A stretch of 64,000 nt of DNA from Lentimicrobiaceae bacterium (GCA_037446395.1 JBBIIP010000016.1:721-64720); one strand, 5' to 3'. Shown: positions 20,540-31,234, numbered from the stretch's first letter. Translations and numbers: made by a program. Notes: generated by a model from the sequence alone, not told the origin.

Positions 20540-21244
20540 TTACAAATAAAAATCGCCGGTTAATTCTTTGTATTGAGGAGTGTAAGCTTTCCCTTGGGCA
20601 TGGATGATTATATCCATCAGTTCCGGTTCATTTGGCTGGTATCTGCTGACTTCAAGTAAAACCCTGGTTGGCCTTGAGCACTGGCGTGGAAACACTTTAC
20701 ACATTCGGGTATGAAAGAGGTCAGTTGTCGTAAGTTTTTTTAGAAATGAATCAATCCTATCTGCCGGCAGGATCACTGAAGCCTTGCCACGTATTGAAAG
20801 CGCCTTCGTGATGCTTTCGATAAATATTTCTTCAAAGCCCGCAGGTGCATGGCGGGCCTTATTAAGCCCGGTATGCTTTGTCTTCAAGCTGTTAATGAAA
20901 TAGGGCGGATTTGATATGATATGATCAACACTTTTTGGATGCTGAAAAGCATACTGCTCAAATTCGATTTGCAAAATAGAAAGCCTGCTTGCCCACGGAC
21001 TCGAACTAAAATTTTGTGAGGCCTGTTCGATGCTTGCTTTGTCAATGTCAATGGCGAGGACTTTGGCTCTTGTCTTTTGTGCCGCCATCAAGGCCAGGAT
21101 TCCACAACCTGTGCCTGCATCGAGTATCAATCCGTGTGTGGGTAGTTGCGCCCAGGCCCCCAGCAACACGGAGTCGGTGCCAACCCGCATGGTGCTGAGG
21201 TGGTCAAATACCTGAAACTGTTTAAACCTGAATGGCTCGGTCAT
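20540..21244 (-). CDS. tRNA1(Val) adenine(37)-N6 methyltransferase (YfiC/TrmN6 family)
   Basis: FRFKQF, MRVGTDSVLLGAW, LDAGTGCG, SNPPYF, terminal DFYL. Confidence 0.9.
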   Translation of the reverse strand: MTEPFRFKQFQVFDHLSTMRVGTDSVLLGAWAQLPTHGLILDAGTGCGILALMAAQKTRAKVLAIDIDKASIEQASQNFSSSPWASRLSILQIEFEQYAFQHPKSVDHIISNPPYFINSLKTKHTGLNKARHAPAGFEEIFIESITKALSIRGKASVILPADRIDSFLKKLTTTDLFHTRMCKVFPRQCSRPTRVLLEVSRYQPNEPELMDIIIHAQGKAYTPQYKELTGDFYL

Positions 21245-21247
21245 GGC

Positions 21248-21775
21248 TCAATTCAGATAGAGTTCAATCAGCCCCTCAGGAACATTTAAGTAAATTTCCC
21301 TCTTTTTTTTATCAACTTTCACTATGACCTCATCCACCAATGGAATAAGAATTTCCTTGCCTTGGTTTGAAACCTGCAACAATGCCTGCATCGGAAAATC
21401 AATGACGCGGTCAACTGTTCCAATATATCCAAAGGCCTCATCAAATGCCTGATAGCCAACAATTTCGTGATAGTAAAATTGATGATCGGCCAGTGGAGGA
21501 AGCGCTGAAAGTGGTAAATATAGTTCGCATCCTATCAATATTTCAGCCTGATTGGGATCATCTATATCTTTAAACCTGATTTGAACCTGATTATTTTGTC
21601 TCAATCTAAGTTCACTAATTGAGAAAGGAACCATGTTTCCACCAATGAAAACAAAAACCGACTTTAGGTTGGTATAGTCTGCTGTATTGTCAACATCGAA
21701 AAATGCCAGCAATTCTCCTTTAATTCCAAAGGATTTCAGTACCTTACCCAGGAAATAGTGCTCTTCTGTTTTCAC
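21248..21775 (-). CDS. rimM: Ribosome maturation factor
   Basis: GKVLKSFGIKGE, FYYHEIVG, EILIP, PEGLIELY; downstream of rpsP. Confidence 0.95.
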   Translation of the reverse strand: MKTEEHYFLGKVLKSFGIKGELLAFFDVDNTADYTNLKSVFVFIGGNMVPFSISELRLRQNNQVQIRFKDIDDPNQAEILIGCELYLPLSALPPLADHQFYYHEIVGYQAFDEAFGYIGTVDRVIDFPMQALLQVSNQGKEILIPLVDEVIVKVDKKKREIYLNVPEGLIELYLN

Positions 21776-21883
21776 GCGGTTGATTGTTAATCATTGCATA
21801 AAACTAAGATTTTTTAGAATGTGCCAGGAAGAAACTTATCAAAAAACTAGAGTGTTCTTTCTAAGTGCGTATCATGGTGCAAT

Positions 21884-21909
21884 AAAAAAGCTGCCCCAAG
21901 GGCAGCTTT
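21884..21909 (-). terminator. Intrinsic terminator after rpsP
   Basis: AAAGCTGCCC-caa-GGGCAGCTTT stem followed by a U-tract on the minus strand. Confidence 0.8.
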
Positions 21910-21928
21910 CTACTCATTTTGCAGTGTG

Positions 21929-22495
21929 TTATTCTGCATCCGAAACAACTTCTTCGTTCCCAGCTTCAGGTGCTTCGATGGTTTCCGGAGCGGATTGTAC
22001 CGAATGGGCCATTTTTGAAGCATGTTTCTCAGCTTCTTTTGCGTATTTTTTTGCAAGATCAGCTGCTCTTTTTTCATTCACTTTAGTCTCAGCAGCTATC
22101 CGGCTTTTTACATTGTCTTTCAGTTCCTGACCATGTGCCTTGATTTTGCTCAGAATCTTCAGTTGCTTTTCTTCGAGCCATTGATTGAACTTGTCTTCGG
22201 CTTGCTCTGGTGTGAGAGCGCCTTTCTTCACTCCTTTTTCGAGGTGATTTTTGTAGATCACCCCTTTGTAGGCTAAAATAGCGCGAACTGTATCAGTCGG
22301 CTGCGCACCGGTTTGCAACCAGTAGAGTGCGCGATCAAAATCCATGTCAATTTCGGCAGGTTTGGTCAGAGGATTGTAGGTGCCAATCTTCTCAATAAAA
22401 CGCCCATCTCGTGGTGCACGACCATCCGCAATTACAATATGATAGAAAGGCCGCCCTTTTCTACCATGACGCTGTAATCTAATCTTTGTTGGCAT
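21929..22495 (-). CDS. rpsP: 30S ribosomal protein S16 (long Bacteroidota form)
   Basis: [39 protein letters not shown]. Confidence 0.98.
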   Translation of the reverse strand: MPTKIRLQRHGRKGRPFYHIVIADGRAPRDGRFIEKIGTYNPLTKPAEIDMDFDRALYWLQTGAQPTDTVRAILAYKGVIYKNHLEKGVKKGALTPEQAEDKFNQWLEEKQLKILSKIKAHGQELKDNVKSRIAAETKVNEKRAADLAKKYAKEAEKHASKMAHSVQSAPETIEAPEAGNEEVVSDAE

Positions 22496-22681
22496 AATTC
22501 ATTAAGTTTAAAAAAGGTTAAAAAATTCAGGGCGCAAAGTAACGAATATTTTTCCGATTGGCGATACTGCACCGCTACTTTTTCATAATCAACCGGTTTC
22601 GGGAAAAAGCATGAATCGTATTTGCAAATTTAACCCCGAATAAATACATATCGTATTTTTGCTGATGAATCGAATGAGCCA

Positions 22682-24103
22682 ATGATGAAAAGACTTATCG
22701 TCTTCCTCCTGCTGTTATTCCCGATTTCGGCCTTCACACAGTCTAAGGATGCATTTTTATTGGAAGGCACAATCAAAGGTTATCCTGGAAAGACTCTGCT
22801 GCTCAATCGCGTGATTGGACATAAAGAACAAAAGTTCAGGGAAATATCAACAAGGAGTGATGGTTCATTTAATCTGATAATCAATTCGCTGCCTCAGGTT
22901 GGCTTTTATCGCATCCGACCCGATCAGCCTCAAAGTCGTGATGTGATTAATCTATTGCTGTCTGGCGAATCCATCGGCCTGTCTACAGTCTTCGGGCATT
23001 TTACTGATAGTGTGCGCTTTTCCGGAGCACAGCAAAACCTGGCCTTGCACGATTTTCTTAAACTAAAAGAGGATCATGACTCACGTCTTTCGATTCTTGA
23101 GCACCTTTTGAGCATTTATCCTGCAGATAAAAGATTCTACCCATTGATCATGAAAGAGATTGAGTTTTTACAGAACGAAATGGATGCTTATTTAAAAGAA
23201 ATTACTACAAAGTTTCCGGGAACATTACTGGCGTCCTACACAAAGAGCAGCCTTCCTCCACGCTTCAACCCATCCATACCCGCACCTGAACGCAAGGAGT
23301 TTGCTTTAAATAATTTTCTTAATAATATCAACTTTACCGACACCTTGCTACTTTACACGGATTTGTTTCCGAACAAAACGATCTCATTCATCATGCAGCA
23401 GCGAAATCAGTCCTTCGATCGCTCTCAGCAGGCAGCTGCATTTATCAAAAGCGTGGATAAAATACTTAGCCATGCCCTGATCGAACCCAAGGTTTTTAAC
23501 TACATCCTCGAATATCTTATCAGCGGATTCGAACAAATCGGATTCGAAGAAGTATTGACACACATAGCAAACAATTATGAGCCTCAGGAGCAGTGTATGT
23601 CAAACCACGAATCGGGAGAACTTCAGCGCCGAATCGAAGGCTATAAGCGGCTCGCTGAAGGTAACCCTGCTTTTGCGATTGAAACCAACGATATTGCAGG
23701 TAAACATTTCAACCTGGCATCCATAAAAGCAGATGACATTTTGTTGTTTTTTTATGCCACCTGGTGCCCACATTGTATGGCGATGTTGCCTAAATTAAGA
23801 GAACTCGCGATTTCTGTAAATTCAAAATCTCCCACATCGAAGCATCTGAAACTTGTAGCAGTAGCAATTTCGATTGACACAGATAAACAGGCTTATCTTG
23901 AGTTTTTAAAAAAGAATTCCCTGGATGCAAAAGAAATTGAAAAATTCTGGTTCAATCTTGCCGACTTCAAAGGATGGGATGGAAAGATTGCCAATGATTA
24001 TTACTTGTATGCAACCCCAACCATGATTTTACTTGATCATAACCTAATAATCAAGAGAAAACCATCAACTGTTGAGGAGCTACAGGTATTGTTAAAAGAA
24101 TAG
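22682..24103 (+). CDS. Exported TlpA/redoxin-family thioredoxin-domain protein
   Basis: Signal peptide; C-terminal FFYATWCPHC (CxxC) and YATPT. Confidence 0.82.
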   Translation: MMKRLIVFLLLLFPISAFTQSKDAFLLEGTIKGYPGKTLLLNRVIGHKEQKFREISTRSDGSFNLIINSLPQVGFYRIRPDQPQSRDVINLLLSGESIGLSTVFGHFTDSVRFSGAQQNLALHDFLKLKEDHDSRLSILEHLLSIYPADKRFYPLIMKEIEFLQNEMDAYLKEITTKFPGTLLASYTKSSLPPRFNPSIPAPERKEFALNNFLNNINFTDTLLLYTDLFPNKTISFIMQQRNQSFDRSQQAAAFIKSVDKILSHALIEPKVFNYILEYLISGFEQIGFEEVLTHIANNYEPQEQCMSNHESGELQRRIEGYKRLAEGNPAFAIETNDIAGKHFNLASIKADDILLFFYATWCPHCMAMLPKLRELAISVNSKSPTSKHLKLVAVAISIDTDKQAYLEFLKKNSLDAKEIEKFWFNLADFKGWDGKIANDYYLYATPTMILLDHNLIIKRKPSTVEELQVLLKE

Positions 24104-24119
24104 CAAGCGAAATTTCAGG

Positions 24120-24851
24120 CTAAAAATCTATTAGTTCCACCTCAAAAATCAGCACAGAGTTTGGCGGAATATCACCCAAATCGCGATCTCCGTAGCCAAG
24201 TTTTGGCGGAATGAAAAACATAAATTTTGCACCTTTGTTCATCAATTGTATGCCTTCGACCCAACCGGGAATGAGGCGCCCAAGTTCAAATGTTGCCGGA
24301 GCCCCGCGATCGTAGGAAGAATCGAACACTTTTCCGTTAACCAATGTGCCTCGATAGTGAACTGTCACCTTGTCGGTTGGTTTTGGATTATTACCCTCAC
24401 CTTGCCTTATTACCTTATATTGTAAGCCGGAAGGAGTTTCGGTAACACCCGGGTTTGTCTTGTTCTCATTTAGATATGCCATGCCATCTGTATTTTCTGT
24501 AAGTGAAGTTTCCGGTATTTGATCTTTTTGTCTTTTTTCGCTGAGTTCTGTAGTGAAGTTGCGAATGATTGCCTCTGCCTGTTCGATGCCGAACATGGTA
24601 TCGTTCCCCGTCATTGCGTCGCGCAAGCCTTTGATCAACGGGTCGGCTGCAAGTGCAAATCCATTGTTTTTTAATGTATATCCAATATCAGTCCCTATGA
24701 TGTAGCTCACCGTATCAATATATGTATTTAGCTTAAATACCTTTTCGGCTGCTGGAGGAGGTGCTGGCTTGGTGTTTTTCTTTTGGCTCATTGCTGGCTG
24801 GATTGCCCAGATGGTAGTAAAAAGAATAATTAGAAGGAAAAATTTTCGCAT
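24120..24851 (-). CDS. FKBP-type peptidyl-prolyl cis-trans isomerase
   Basis: SGLQYKV, VHYRGTL, FDSSY, LIPGW, IPPNSVLIFEVEL. Confidence 0.95.
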   Translation of the reverse strand: MRKFFLLIILFTTIWAIQPAMSQKKNTKPAPPPAAEKVFKLNTYIDTVSYIIGTDIGYTLKNNGFALAADPLIKGLRDAMTGNDTMFGIEQAEAIIRNFTTELSEKRQKDQIPETSLTENTDGMAYLNENKTNPGVTETPSGLQYKVIRQGEGNNPKPTDKVTVHYRGTLVNGKVFDSSYDRGAPATFELGRLIPGWVEGIQLMNKGAKFMFFIPPKLGYGDRDLGDIPPNSVLIFEVELIDF

Positions 24852-24885
24852 AAGTTATGTTTTAAGTGTATAATAAAAGGTTAAA

Positions 24886-25593
24886 TCATCCGAGCTCAAT
24901 GTCGGAATTTTCAAAGAGAGCCTCTCCTTTGTAACGCAAAAAGAGCCTGGCAATTGTAGCAACATCCTTTTCGCAGTACTTGACAATCCGCTGCAGGTTA
25001 TTCTCCTCCCAATATACCCGTGCCACATCGCTCCCGCGGATATCATCCTTTGGAGTGGGGATTTGAAAAACAGCCGCCAGCAATTCTAATGAAGTATAGC
25101 TTTTATAGTCGCCAAACCGCCAAAGATCCATGGTGTCGAGATGCGTTACTTCCCATGGTTTTTTCCCGCTTTGGTCAATTAATGCTGGGAGTTTGATGCC
25201 ATGTATCAGCATACGCCTGGCGATATAAGGAAAATCGAATTCCTTGCCATTATGAGCACAAAGGCTCCAATCCTTGTCAAACAATCGGTTGTTCAATGTT
25301 GAGGCAAAATCTTCGAGAAGCACTTTTTCATCATGCCCCGAAAAGGATTTCATCCTGAATTTGCGATCACGAAAAAATCCGACCGAAATGCAAACTATCT
25401 TACCAAACTCAGCATAAATTCCTGCCCTTGCATATATAGATTCCGGTGTTTCGGTATCACTCTGCCTTATGCGCAAGGCTTTGGTATCCCAGAGTTTTTG
25501 AAAATTTTCAGGCACATTCGGATAGGTTGGATATTGTGGAACAGTTTCAATATCGAGAAAAAGTATATTCTCTTTTTTATAGTTTTCAAGCAT
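24886..25593 (-). CDS. PolB-like DEDDy 3'-5' exonuclease
   Basis: FLDIETV (ExoI), AHNGKEFDFPY (ExoII), YCEKDV (ExoIII). Confidence 0.88.
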   Translation of the reverse strand: MLENYKKENILFLDIETVPQYPTYPNVPENFQKLWDTKALRIRQSDTETPESIYARAGIYAEFGKIVCISVGFFRDRKFRMKSFSGHDEKVLLEDFASTLNNRLFDKDWSLCAHNGKEFDFPYIARRMLIHGIKLPALIDQSGKKPWEVTHLDTMDLWRFGDYKSYTSLELLAAVFQIPTPKDDIRGSDVARVYWEENNLQRIVKYCEKDVATIARLFLRYKGEALFENSDIELG

Positions 25594-25646
25594 CAGATAA
25601 AGGTTTGTTTATATACAAAATTAATCAAAAACTGGAATTGAGGCGA

Positions 25647-28262
25647 TCATTTGAAACTGCTTTTCAAGTCGTAGGTAGCGCGAAGCCAGATGGCTCGCCC
25701 TGGTTGGGGGATGCAGGATGAAAAATAGCTTCCATCGGCCGAATAAATACCAGGATGTGAATATTTTGTATCGAGAAGGTTGTTTGCCTTCAACTGAATA
25801 TTCAGTCCGGGCAGAAGATGGGTATAGGTTATGGTGGTACTCAATAGTGCTACGGCAGGAAATTCAGCCAAGTTGCTTGCTACTGTAGTGTTTGGTCCTG
25901 TTTTTCTTTGGCCGGAATAATTTAAACGAAAATTGATGTGAACCTTTTTCGACACTTTCGTGTCGAACGAAAGATTCAAGCGATGCGAAGCAATGTCACC
26001 AATGCGCAACTTACCTGTTTCAATTTTATCTGAACCAAAAGTGTGTTGCTTCGGCAAGCACCAAGAATAATTAACCTGTAACAAAAAACGATTCCATTGA
26101 TAGCGCATGCCCGTTTGCACACCTGCCACTTTGTACATAGTGTTTGATGATTGAATGTTATCCGGTAAATTATTGGCCTTGCCCGGTTCAAAATCTTCCA
26201 TTATATAACGGAAGATGGCAATATCAGCGAAAACATTTGCGTCAAATTTATATCCGGCTGAAATTTCAAAATGATAATTCCGCTGCGGCTCTGTTTCCTG
26301 GTTACTAACCATGCGCTGCGAATACCGAAAAAATTCAAGATCGTTCATGAAGTTTTGATGGGAGGTAGCAAAAAACGCTTTTGCATTGATGCGTCCCCGA
26401 TTGGCAACGATGGCAAGCTTTGGATTAAACGTCACACCGTGGCCTTTCCCTGCTTTTATTGAATGATAATCCAAACGGCCACCAGTCTGGAACGAAAGCC
26501 ATTTGTCAATGCGATAATTGATTTGCGAAAAAATTCCTGCTTCACGAATTTCTAAAATTGATGAGCCACCTTCGGGAATATCAGCGAAATATCCGTGCTC
26601 AATAACATTTTGGTCCGCTGATGGATTGAGAAGTATGCGGTAGTTTCCGGGCAGGAAACTTTGCTTAATCTCAAAGCCAGAGATAATGCTAAGTTTAGAG
26701 CATGGGTTGTAAAGTAAGCTAGTTTCGCTACGAACCTGTTGCGACATTTGATACAGGTGGAGCATATTCCAACGCGATGACGCATTGACCATCAGGTCTG
26801 CAGCCTTGAATGCTCCATTTGAATAGTTGTCAATATAAACAAGGCGTGTCTCGTTCCCTGTGCCCCCGACACGATATGAACTTTGACTATTAAAAGAAAT
26901 TTTTTCAGAGAAAATTTTATTATACCGAATAAAAAAAGTGGCTTGTTGATGTCCCCATAGATTGCCATTAATCGCACTTGCATAAAACTGATCAGTATAA
27001 GCGTTCATCACCCCTTGCTTATATTTCCAAAACTCAAACCCGACGGTGAATCCGGAAACAAAAACCCTTGCATCAATAAACCAATGATCGAACAGGTTTG
27101 TATACCTTGGCCTATGGCTATTCACCCCTTGTAGCATCCCTGTTTTATCAAGCTCCCTCGCAATCTCCACGCCTCTTGTAGTCAGGTTAACAGCAGTTGT
27201 ATCGCCTTGTGGCGAGCGGATGAGCTGAAAGTAAGGATGATTACTGCCTGGTTTATACTGTCGAGCCCATGCGGCTGCATTCGAGGTTATACCAAGCAAT
27301 CTGGCATAGTCAACCGCATTATAAAATGAGGTATCAAAGTCGAAGGCCGAATAAGTAGCCATGGAGTGTTCATCGCTGGTGAAACGCCGTGCGGTTGCCA
27401 TAAATCCAATGTTTTTGTCCTGTGCAGCCATGGTTAATTCAGCGCTTCGGGTATTGAATGAACCATTACCCATCGAAAAAATTATTCCCGGAAAATTGTT
27501 TTGCGTCAGGTCTTCAGGTGCTTTTGTGATGATATTTACGACTCCCATCAGTGCATTTGGCCCATGGATGGACGATGCTGGTCCGTAGACCACCTCAACG
27601 CACTTCACATTGGTTATGGGGTACTGTTTTGAAATCAAAGCGGTATTACTCCATATATCATTGGCCTCGATGTTGTTGATCATGAAAAGAAAGCCCCGTG
27701 TGCTGCCCGATCGGTATCCGCGCATATAGAGGTTTGAAAGTGTTGCACTGTAGGTTCTTGATACATCGAACCCAGGCAAGTCGCTGAAAAGCTCTTCAAG
27801 ATTAGTATAACCGCGGCGATTGATATCTTCCTCGGTAATTTTGACCACACTGGCAGCGGCATTCTGAATTTTTTCTAATTTCTTTGACACAGCCATCACT
27901 GAATTCAACCTGATTTCTTTGCGGATCTCTTTAATGAGTTTAACAAACTGCTGATTTTCATCACTGAACTCCGCCCCCGATTTATTATTATTCCACAATT
28001 CTGCCCATTTTCGGGCAGCCTCAACCGAATCCTGCGCCAGGCATTTGATTGCCATAATTCTAAAAGCCTCGGATTGTTGCAAATCGTCAAAACCATCCGG
28101 TATACAAGGCAGCAGGATTGTGCTCACCATAGAAAAGTTCCCTGCGAGGAGATTTTTTAATGCTGCATTGATGGTTTGTTCGTCACAATTGCCTTGCGCA
28201 TGAACCTGAAGCATTGAAATGAGAAAGGCTGAGAAAACGAAGATACGCATTAGTTTGCTCAT
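25647..28262 (-). CDS. TonB-dependent receptor with unusual helical N-terminal domain
   Basis: Plug motifs ITEEDINRRGY...DLPGFDV, YMRG, VEVVYGPASSIHGPNALMGVVNII; barrel end NNLLD...PQPGR. Confidence 0.88.
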   Translation of the reverse strand: MSKLMRIFVFSAFLISMLQVHAQGNCDEQTINAALKNLLAGNFSMVSTILLPCIPDGFDDLQQSEAFRIMAIKCLAQDSVEAARKWAELWNNNKSGAEFSDENQQFVKLIKEIRKEIRLNSVMAVSKKLEKIQNAAASVVKITEEDINRRGYTNLEELFSDLPGFDVSRTYSATLSNLYMRGYRSGSTRGFLFMINNIEANDIWSNTALISKQYPITNVKCVEVVYGPASSIHGPNALMGVVNIITKAPEDLTQNNFPGIIFSMGNGSFNTRSAELTMAAQDKNIGFMATARRFTSDEHSMATYSAFDFDTSFYNAVDYARLLGITSNAAAWARQYKPGSNHPYFQLIRSPQGDTTAVNLTTRGVEIARELDKTGMLQGVNSHRPRYTNLFDHWFIDARVFVSGFTVGFEFWKYKQGVMNAYTDQFYASAINGNLWGHQQATFFIRYNKIFSEKISFNSQSSYRVGGTGNETRLVYIDNYSNGAFKAADLMVNASSRWNMLHLYQMSQQVRSETSLLYNPCSKLSIISGFEIKQSFLPGNYRILLNPSADQNVIEHGYFADIPEGGSSILEIREAGIFSQINYRIDKWLSFQTGGRLDYHSIKAGKGHGVTFNPKLAIVANRGRINAKAFFATSHQNFMNDLEFFRYSQRMVSNQETEPQRNYHFEISAGYKFDANVFADIAIFRYIMEDFEPGKANNLPDNIQSSNTMYKVAGVQTGMRYQWNRFLLQVNYSWCLPKQHTFGSDKIETGKLRIGDIASHRLNLSFDTKVSKKVHINFRLNYSGQRKTGPNTTVASNLAEFPAVALLSTTITYTHLLPGLNIQLKANNLLDTKYSHPGIYSADGSYFSSCIPQPGRAIWLRATYDLKSSFK

Positions 28263-29935
28263 CTTTTCAGGCTTTTTGTATCCAGACTTTCATTGCACAC
28301 AGGATTATATGGCAGTGTGTTGCCAATAAAACGATTCCATTCATCCATGCTTAAAGAGCGTTTTGCGGACAAACATACTTTTTTTACAAGCTCTTCTGAA
28401 TCAATAGGGTACAAACAAACGGCCTTGTTTTTTCCGGAGCCTGCCAGGTGTTTTCCATCAGGAGAGAAAGCAATGGCATACACCCAGGTCTTCTGATCAA
28501 TGAGCTGTAGTGGAGATGCTTGTAGTTGGTCAGTTTTGTGAAGGAGTATTATTCCGTCATAGCTGCAACTGCCAATCAATGGCCTGGTAGGATGAACAAT
28601 TATCTGGTTTATTCCGGCCCGGTGAGGCTTTTTCTTGCTCAGCAAATTGAGTGTTGGATAAGAAAAAACCATGAGCTCGCCATTAGAGGTCCCACAAAAA
28701 AACATGCTGCCGTCTGTAGAAAAACATATACTGGTCGCTGGCTTATCAAGATTCAAGCGTTTGATGGTTTCTCCACTTTCTGAGGAGAAGCTCAAAACAC
28801 CAGTGCTATTTGCCCAGGAAATAATATCAGCTTTTGGATGCGCGCAAATCGTATTGACCCTCAGCTTGCGATCCGGGAATTGCAAATGCCTGATCAGATC
28901 TCCATTCAGATTCCATTGCGATACTTGTCCATCATGGCCAGCCGAGAAGATACTATTTTTGTCAGCTGACAAACTCAAAGCGCTCACAACTCCTTTATGA
29001 GCCGAAATAATCATCGGTAAAATAATGGAGTCATTTATATCCCATTTGATAATTCTTCCATCGGCGGTGCCTGCAAAGATCATATCCGTTTGATTATCAA
29101 TTGCAATGGCTCGGATCTGTGTATCTTTAAATTCTACTTCAGCGCAGGAATAGAACCCGCCATTTTCATCCTGAGGACACCAACGCGTGATGAAGCCGTC
29201 ATCACCAGTGGCAAAAATACTGTTGCTATGATTACTCCAAACCATGGCTCTGATGACGTCAGACTTCCCACCCAGGGTCAGGGGAGCCCCTGCTTTTTCG
29301 GAAAGTGCATTGAAAATTTCATCATTATCTGCATCGCCTCCATTTTCCACATTGATCCTGTATGCCTGCAATGCCAGGAGCGCTGCCAGTTCCTGATCAC
29401 CATCAGGCCCGGTGCTTTTTGCAGTACGGGCCAACCATCGGGCAAGCTCCAGAATTTTTGTTCTTCTGGATTCAAGGAATCTATGGTCTGCTTCGTTGAG
29501 CTGGGTTTGCATAAATTGCACCTTCGCCAAAGCCGAGTCTCGTTCATTTGCCATGTTATGGCCAGATTGTAGTGCCTCGGATAAACTCTTTTCGGCAAGG
29601 AGGTGCTTTTCTTCAGTTGCTTTGTACCGAAGGTTGAAATCATTTTGATATTTAGCCTTCAATTCCTGTTGTATTTCAATCTCTTGCGCCAATTTGCGAA
29701 GATGCTCCCTTGCGCTATCCAGCAAAATCTGTTGTTCAATGCTTTCTTGCCTGAATACTTGTTCTTGCTTCATGGTGTGCGCTGTCGAAACGGAAAGTTT
29801 CCTGTTGAAATGTCGTACGATAAGGATTGATGAAAGCAGGAACAACAAAACCAACAAACAAATGGTCAGAAAAGCGGTTCTGAGGCGAATCAGGCTATTG
29901 GGTTTCAGATGTTTTGAGACAGAAGAATGATTCAT
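28259..29935 (-). CDS. Membrane-anchored coiled-coil + WD40 repeat protein
   Basis: N-terminal TM helix, coiled coil, ~7 WD blades (GDDGFITRW, GTADGRIIKWD, GHDGQVSQWN, SYDG, FSPDG); ATGA overlap with the receptor gene. Confidence 0.85.
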   Translation of the reverse strand: MNHSSVSKHLKPNSLIRLRTAFLTICLLVLLFLLSSILIVRHFNRKLSVSTAHTMKQEQVFRQESIEQQILLDSAREHLRKLAQEIEIQQELKAKYQNDFNLRYKATEEKHLLAEKSLSEALQSGHNMANERDSALAKVQFMQTQLNEADHRFLESRRTKILELARWLARTAKSTGPDGDQELAALLALQAYRINVENGGDADNDEIFNALSEKAGAPLTLGGKSDVIRAMVWSNHSNSIFATGDDGFITRWCPQDENGGFYSCAEVEFKDTQIRAIAIDNQTDMIFAGTADGRIIKWDINDSIILPMIISAHKGVVSALSLSADKNSIFSAGHDGQVSQWNLNGDLIRHLQFPDRKLRVNTICAHPKADIISWANSTGVLSFSSESGETIKRLNLDKPATSICFSTDGSMFFCGTSNGELMVFSYPTLNLLSKKKPHRAGINQIIVHPTRPLIGSCSYDGIILLHKTDQLQASPLQLIDQKTWVYAIAFSPDGKHLAGSGKNKAVCLYPIDSEELVKKVCLSAKRSLSMDEWNRFIGNTLPYNPVCNESLDTKSLKR

Positions 29936-30115
29936 CTATGAGTGTTGTGGCTTCGCATGCAAAATAACGACTATTTTGTAGTTACTGATCAACTGTGCTT
30001 TGATTTGCTGGCTGAATCTGCCCCATGATATTATATTTTTTTAGTTTGTGTAGTTTTAGAAATTCTTTAGAGATTTGTAAATTATTTCAAACATACTGAT
30101 TTTCAGAAAAACAAA

Positions 30116-31234
30116 ATGATTCTTGCCTGGCTGATTTCCTTTGCCGAATTGCTGCATCCTCAACCCGAAAGGAGCGAGAATAATTTGTTTTTCGGGCTGC
30201 AAACCCATGCCACCCGGGTTGCAGCGCACTACAAAGAAATGCGGCCCTATACCTCCGGAACAAAACCGGCTTTTGAAGTCATGGTGGGCCATCGAAAAAA
30301 CTCCTTCCAGGCATTCAATCGCATCTACAATTATCCTTCCATCGGGCTGGGCCTCTATCGGGGCAGCCCCGGCTCGCGTGATGTAATTGGCAATGCCACG
30401 GCAGCTTTCATGTTTATGGAGTTTGCCATGCTCGAGAAACCGAAATATTCATCCCGTGTGAAATATGCCTTTGGGCTGGCTCACTTTTCAAGATATTTTG
30501 ATTCGATTACAAACCCACTCAATCAGGCAGTCGGTGCTCCTATCACAGCATATGTTAATCTAAATCTCTCCACCCATTTTAATTACAATAAATCCCTCGA
30601 TCTGATTCTCGGCCTTGGCCTGACACATTTTTCGAACGGGGCCTACCAGATGCCGAACCTGGGGCTTAACCTATATGATATCAATGCCGGCATTCGCTAC
30701 CACCTTAATCCCCGAGAAACCTTGCCCCGTTTTGATAAGAAAAAAATGATGGTTATTTATAAGCCTTTATTGCGCCTTCAGGCCATTGCCACTGCCGGAA
30801 TCATGCAAATAGATTATGATCCTGCATATTATGTTGTTAGCGACCTGTCGCTGAACCTTACCGTACAGTCGCAATTCAAAACCAGGGGAGGTATTGGATT
30901 CGACCTTTTCTATAACCAGTACACAAAACGGATGCTGCAGCAAGAGGTAAATGATTATTTGCTGTTGAACTCCTTGCGGGGCGGGATATATGGCGCTTTT
31001 GAATTTGATTTTAGCCGGTTGGCAGTAGTATACAATGTTGGTTTTTATGTGTTTTATAAGGCAGACCCTGTGAAACCAATGTATCAGAAAGTAATCCTAA
31101 GGTATATGCTGAATGAACGCCTGTTTGCGACAATGGCACTCAAAGCCCATCGCAATAAAGCAGAGTACACCCAATTTGGATTGGGGTATACTATTTTGAA
31201 CCATTCGCCTAAAAAAGGAACGCAGGCTCGCTGA
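30116..31234 (+). CDS. Acyloxyacyl hydrolase / PagL-like lipid A deacylase family outer-membrane protein
   Basis: THFSNGAYQMPNLGLN motif, NYPSIGLG, beta-barrel pattern. Confidence 0.75.
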   Translation: MILAWLISFAELLHPQPERSENNLFFGLQTHATRVAAHYKEMRPYTSGTKPAFEVMVGHRKNSFQAFNRIYNYPSIGLGLYRGSPGSRDVIGNATAAFMFMEFAMLEKPKYSSRVKYAFGLAHFSRYFDSITNPLNQAVGAPITAYVNLNLSTHFNYNKSLDLILGLGLTHFSNGAYQMPNLGLNLYDINAGIRYHLNPRETLPRFDKKKMMVIYKPLLRLQAIATAGIMQIDYDPAYYVVSDLSLNLTVQSQFKTRGGIGFDLFYNQYTKRMLQQEVNDYLLLNSLRGGIYGAFEFDFSRLAVVYNVGFYVFYKADPVKPMYQKVILRYMLNERLFATMALKAHRNKAEYTQFGLGYTILNHSPKKGTQAR

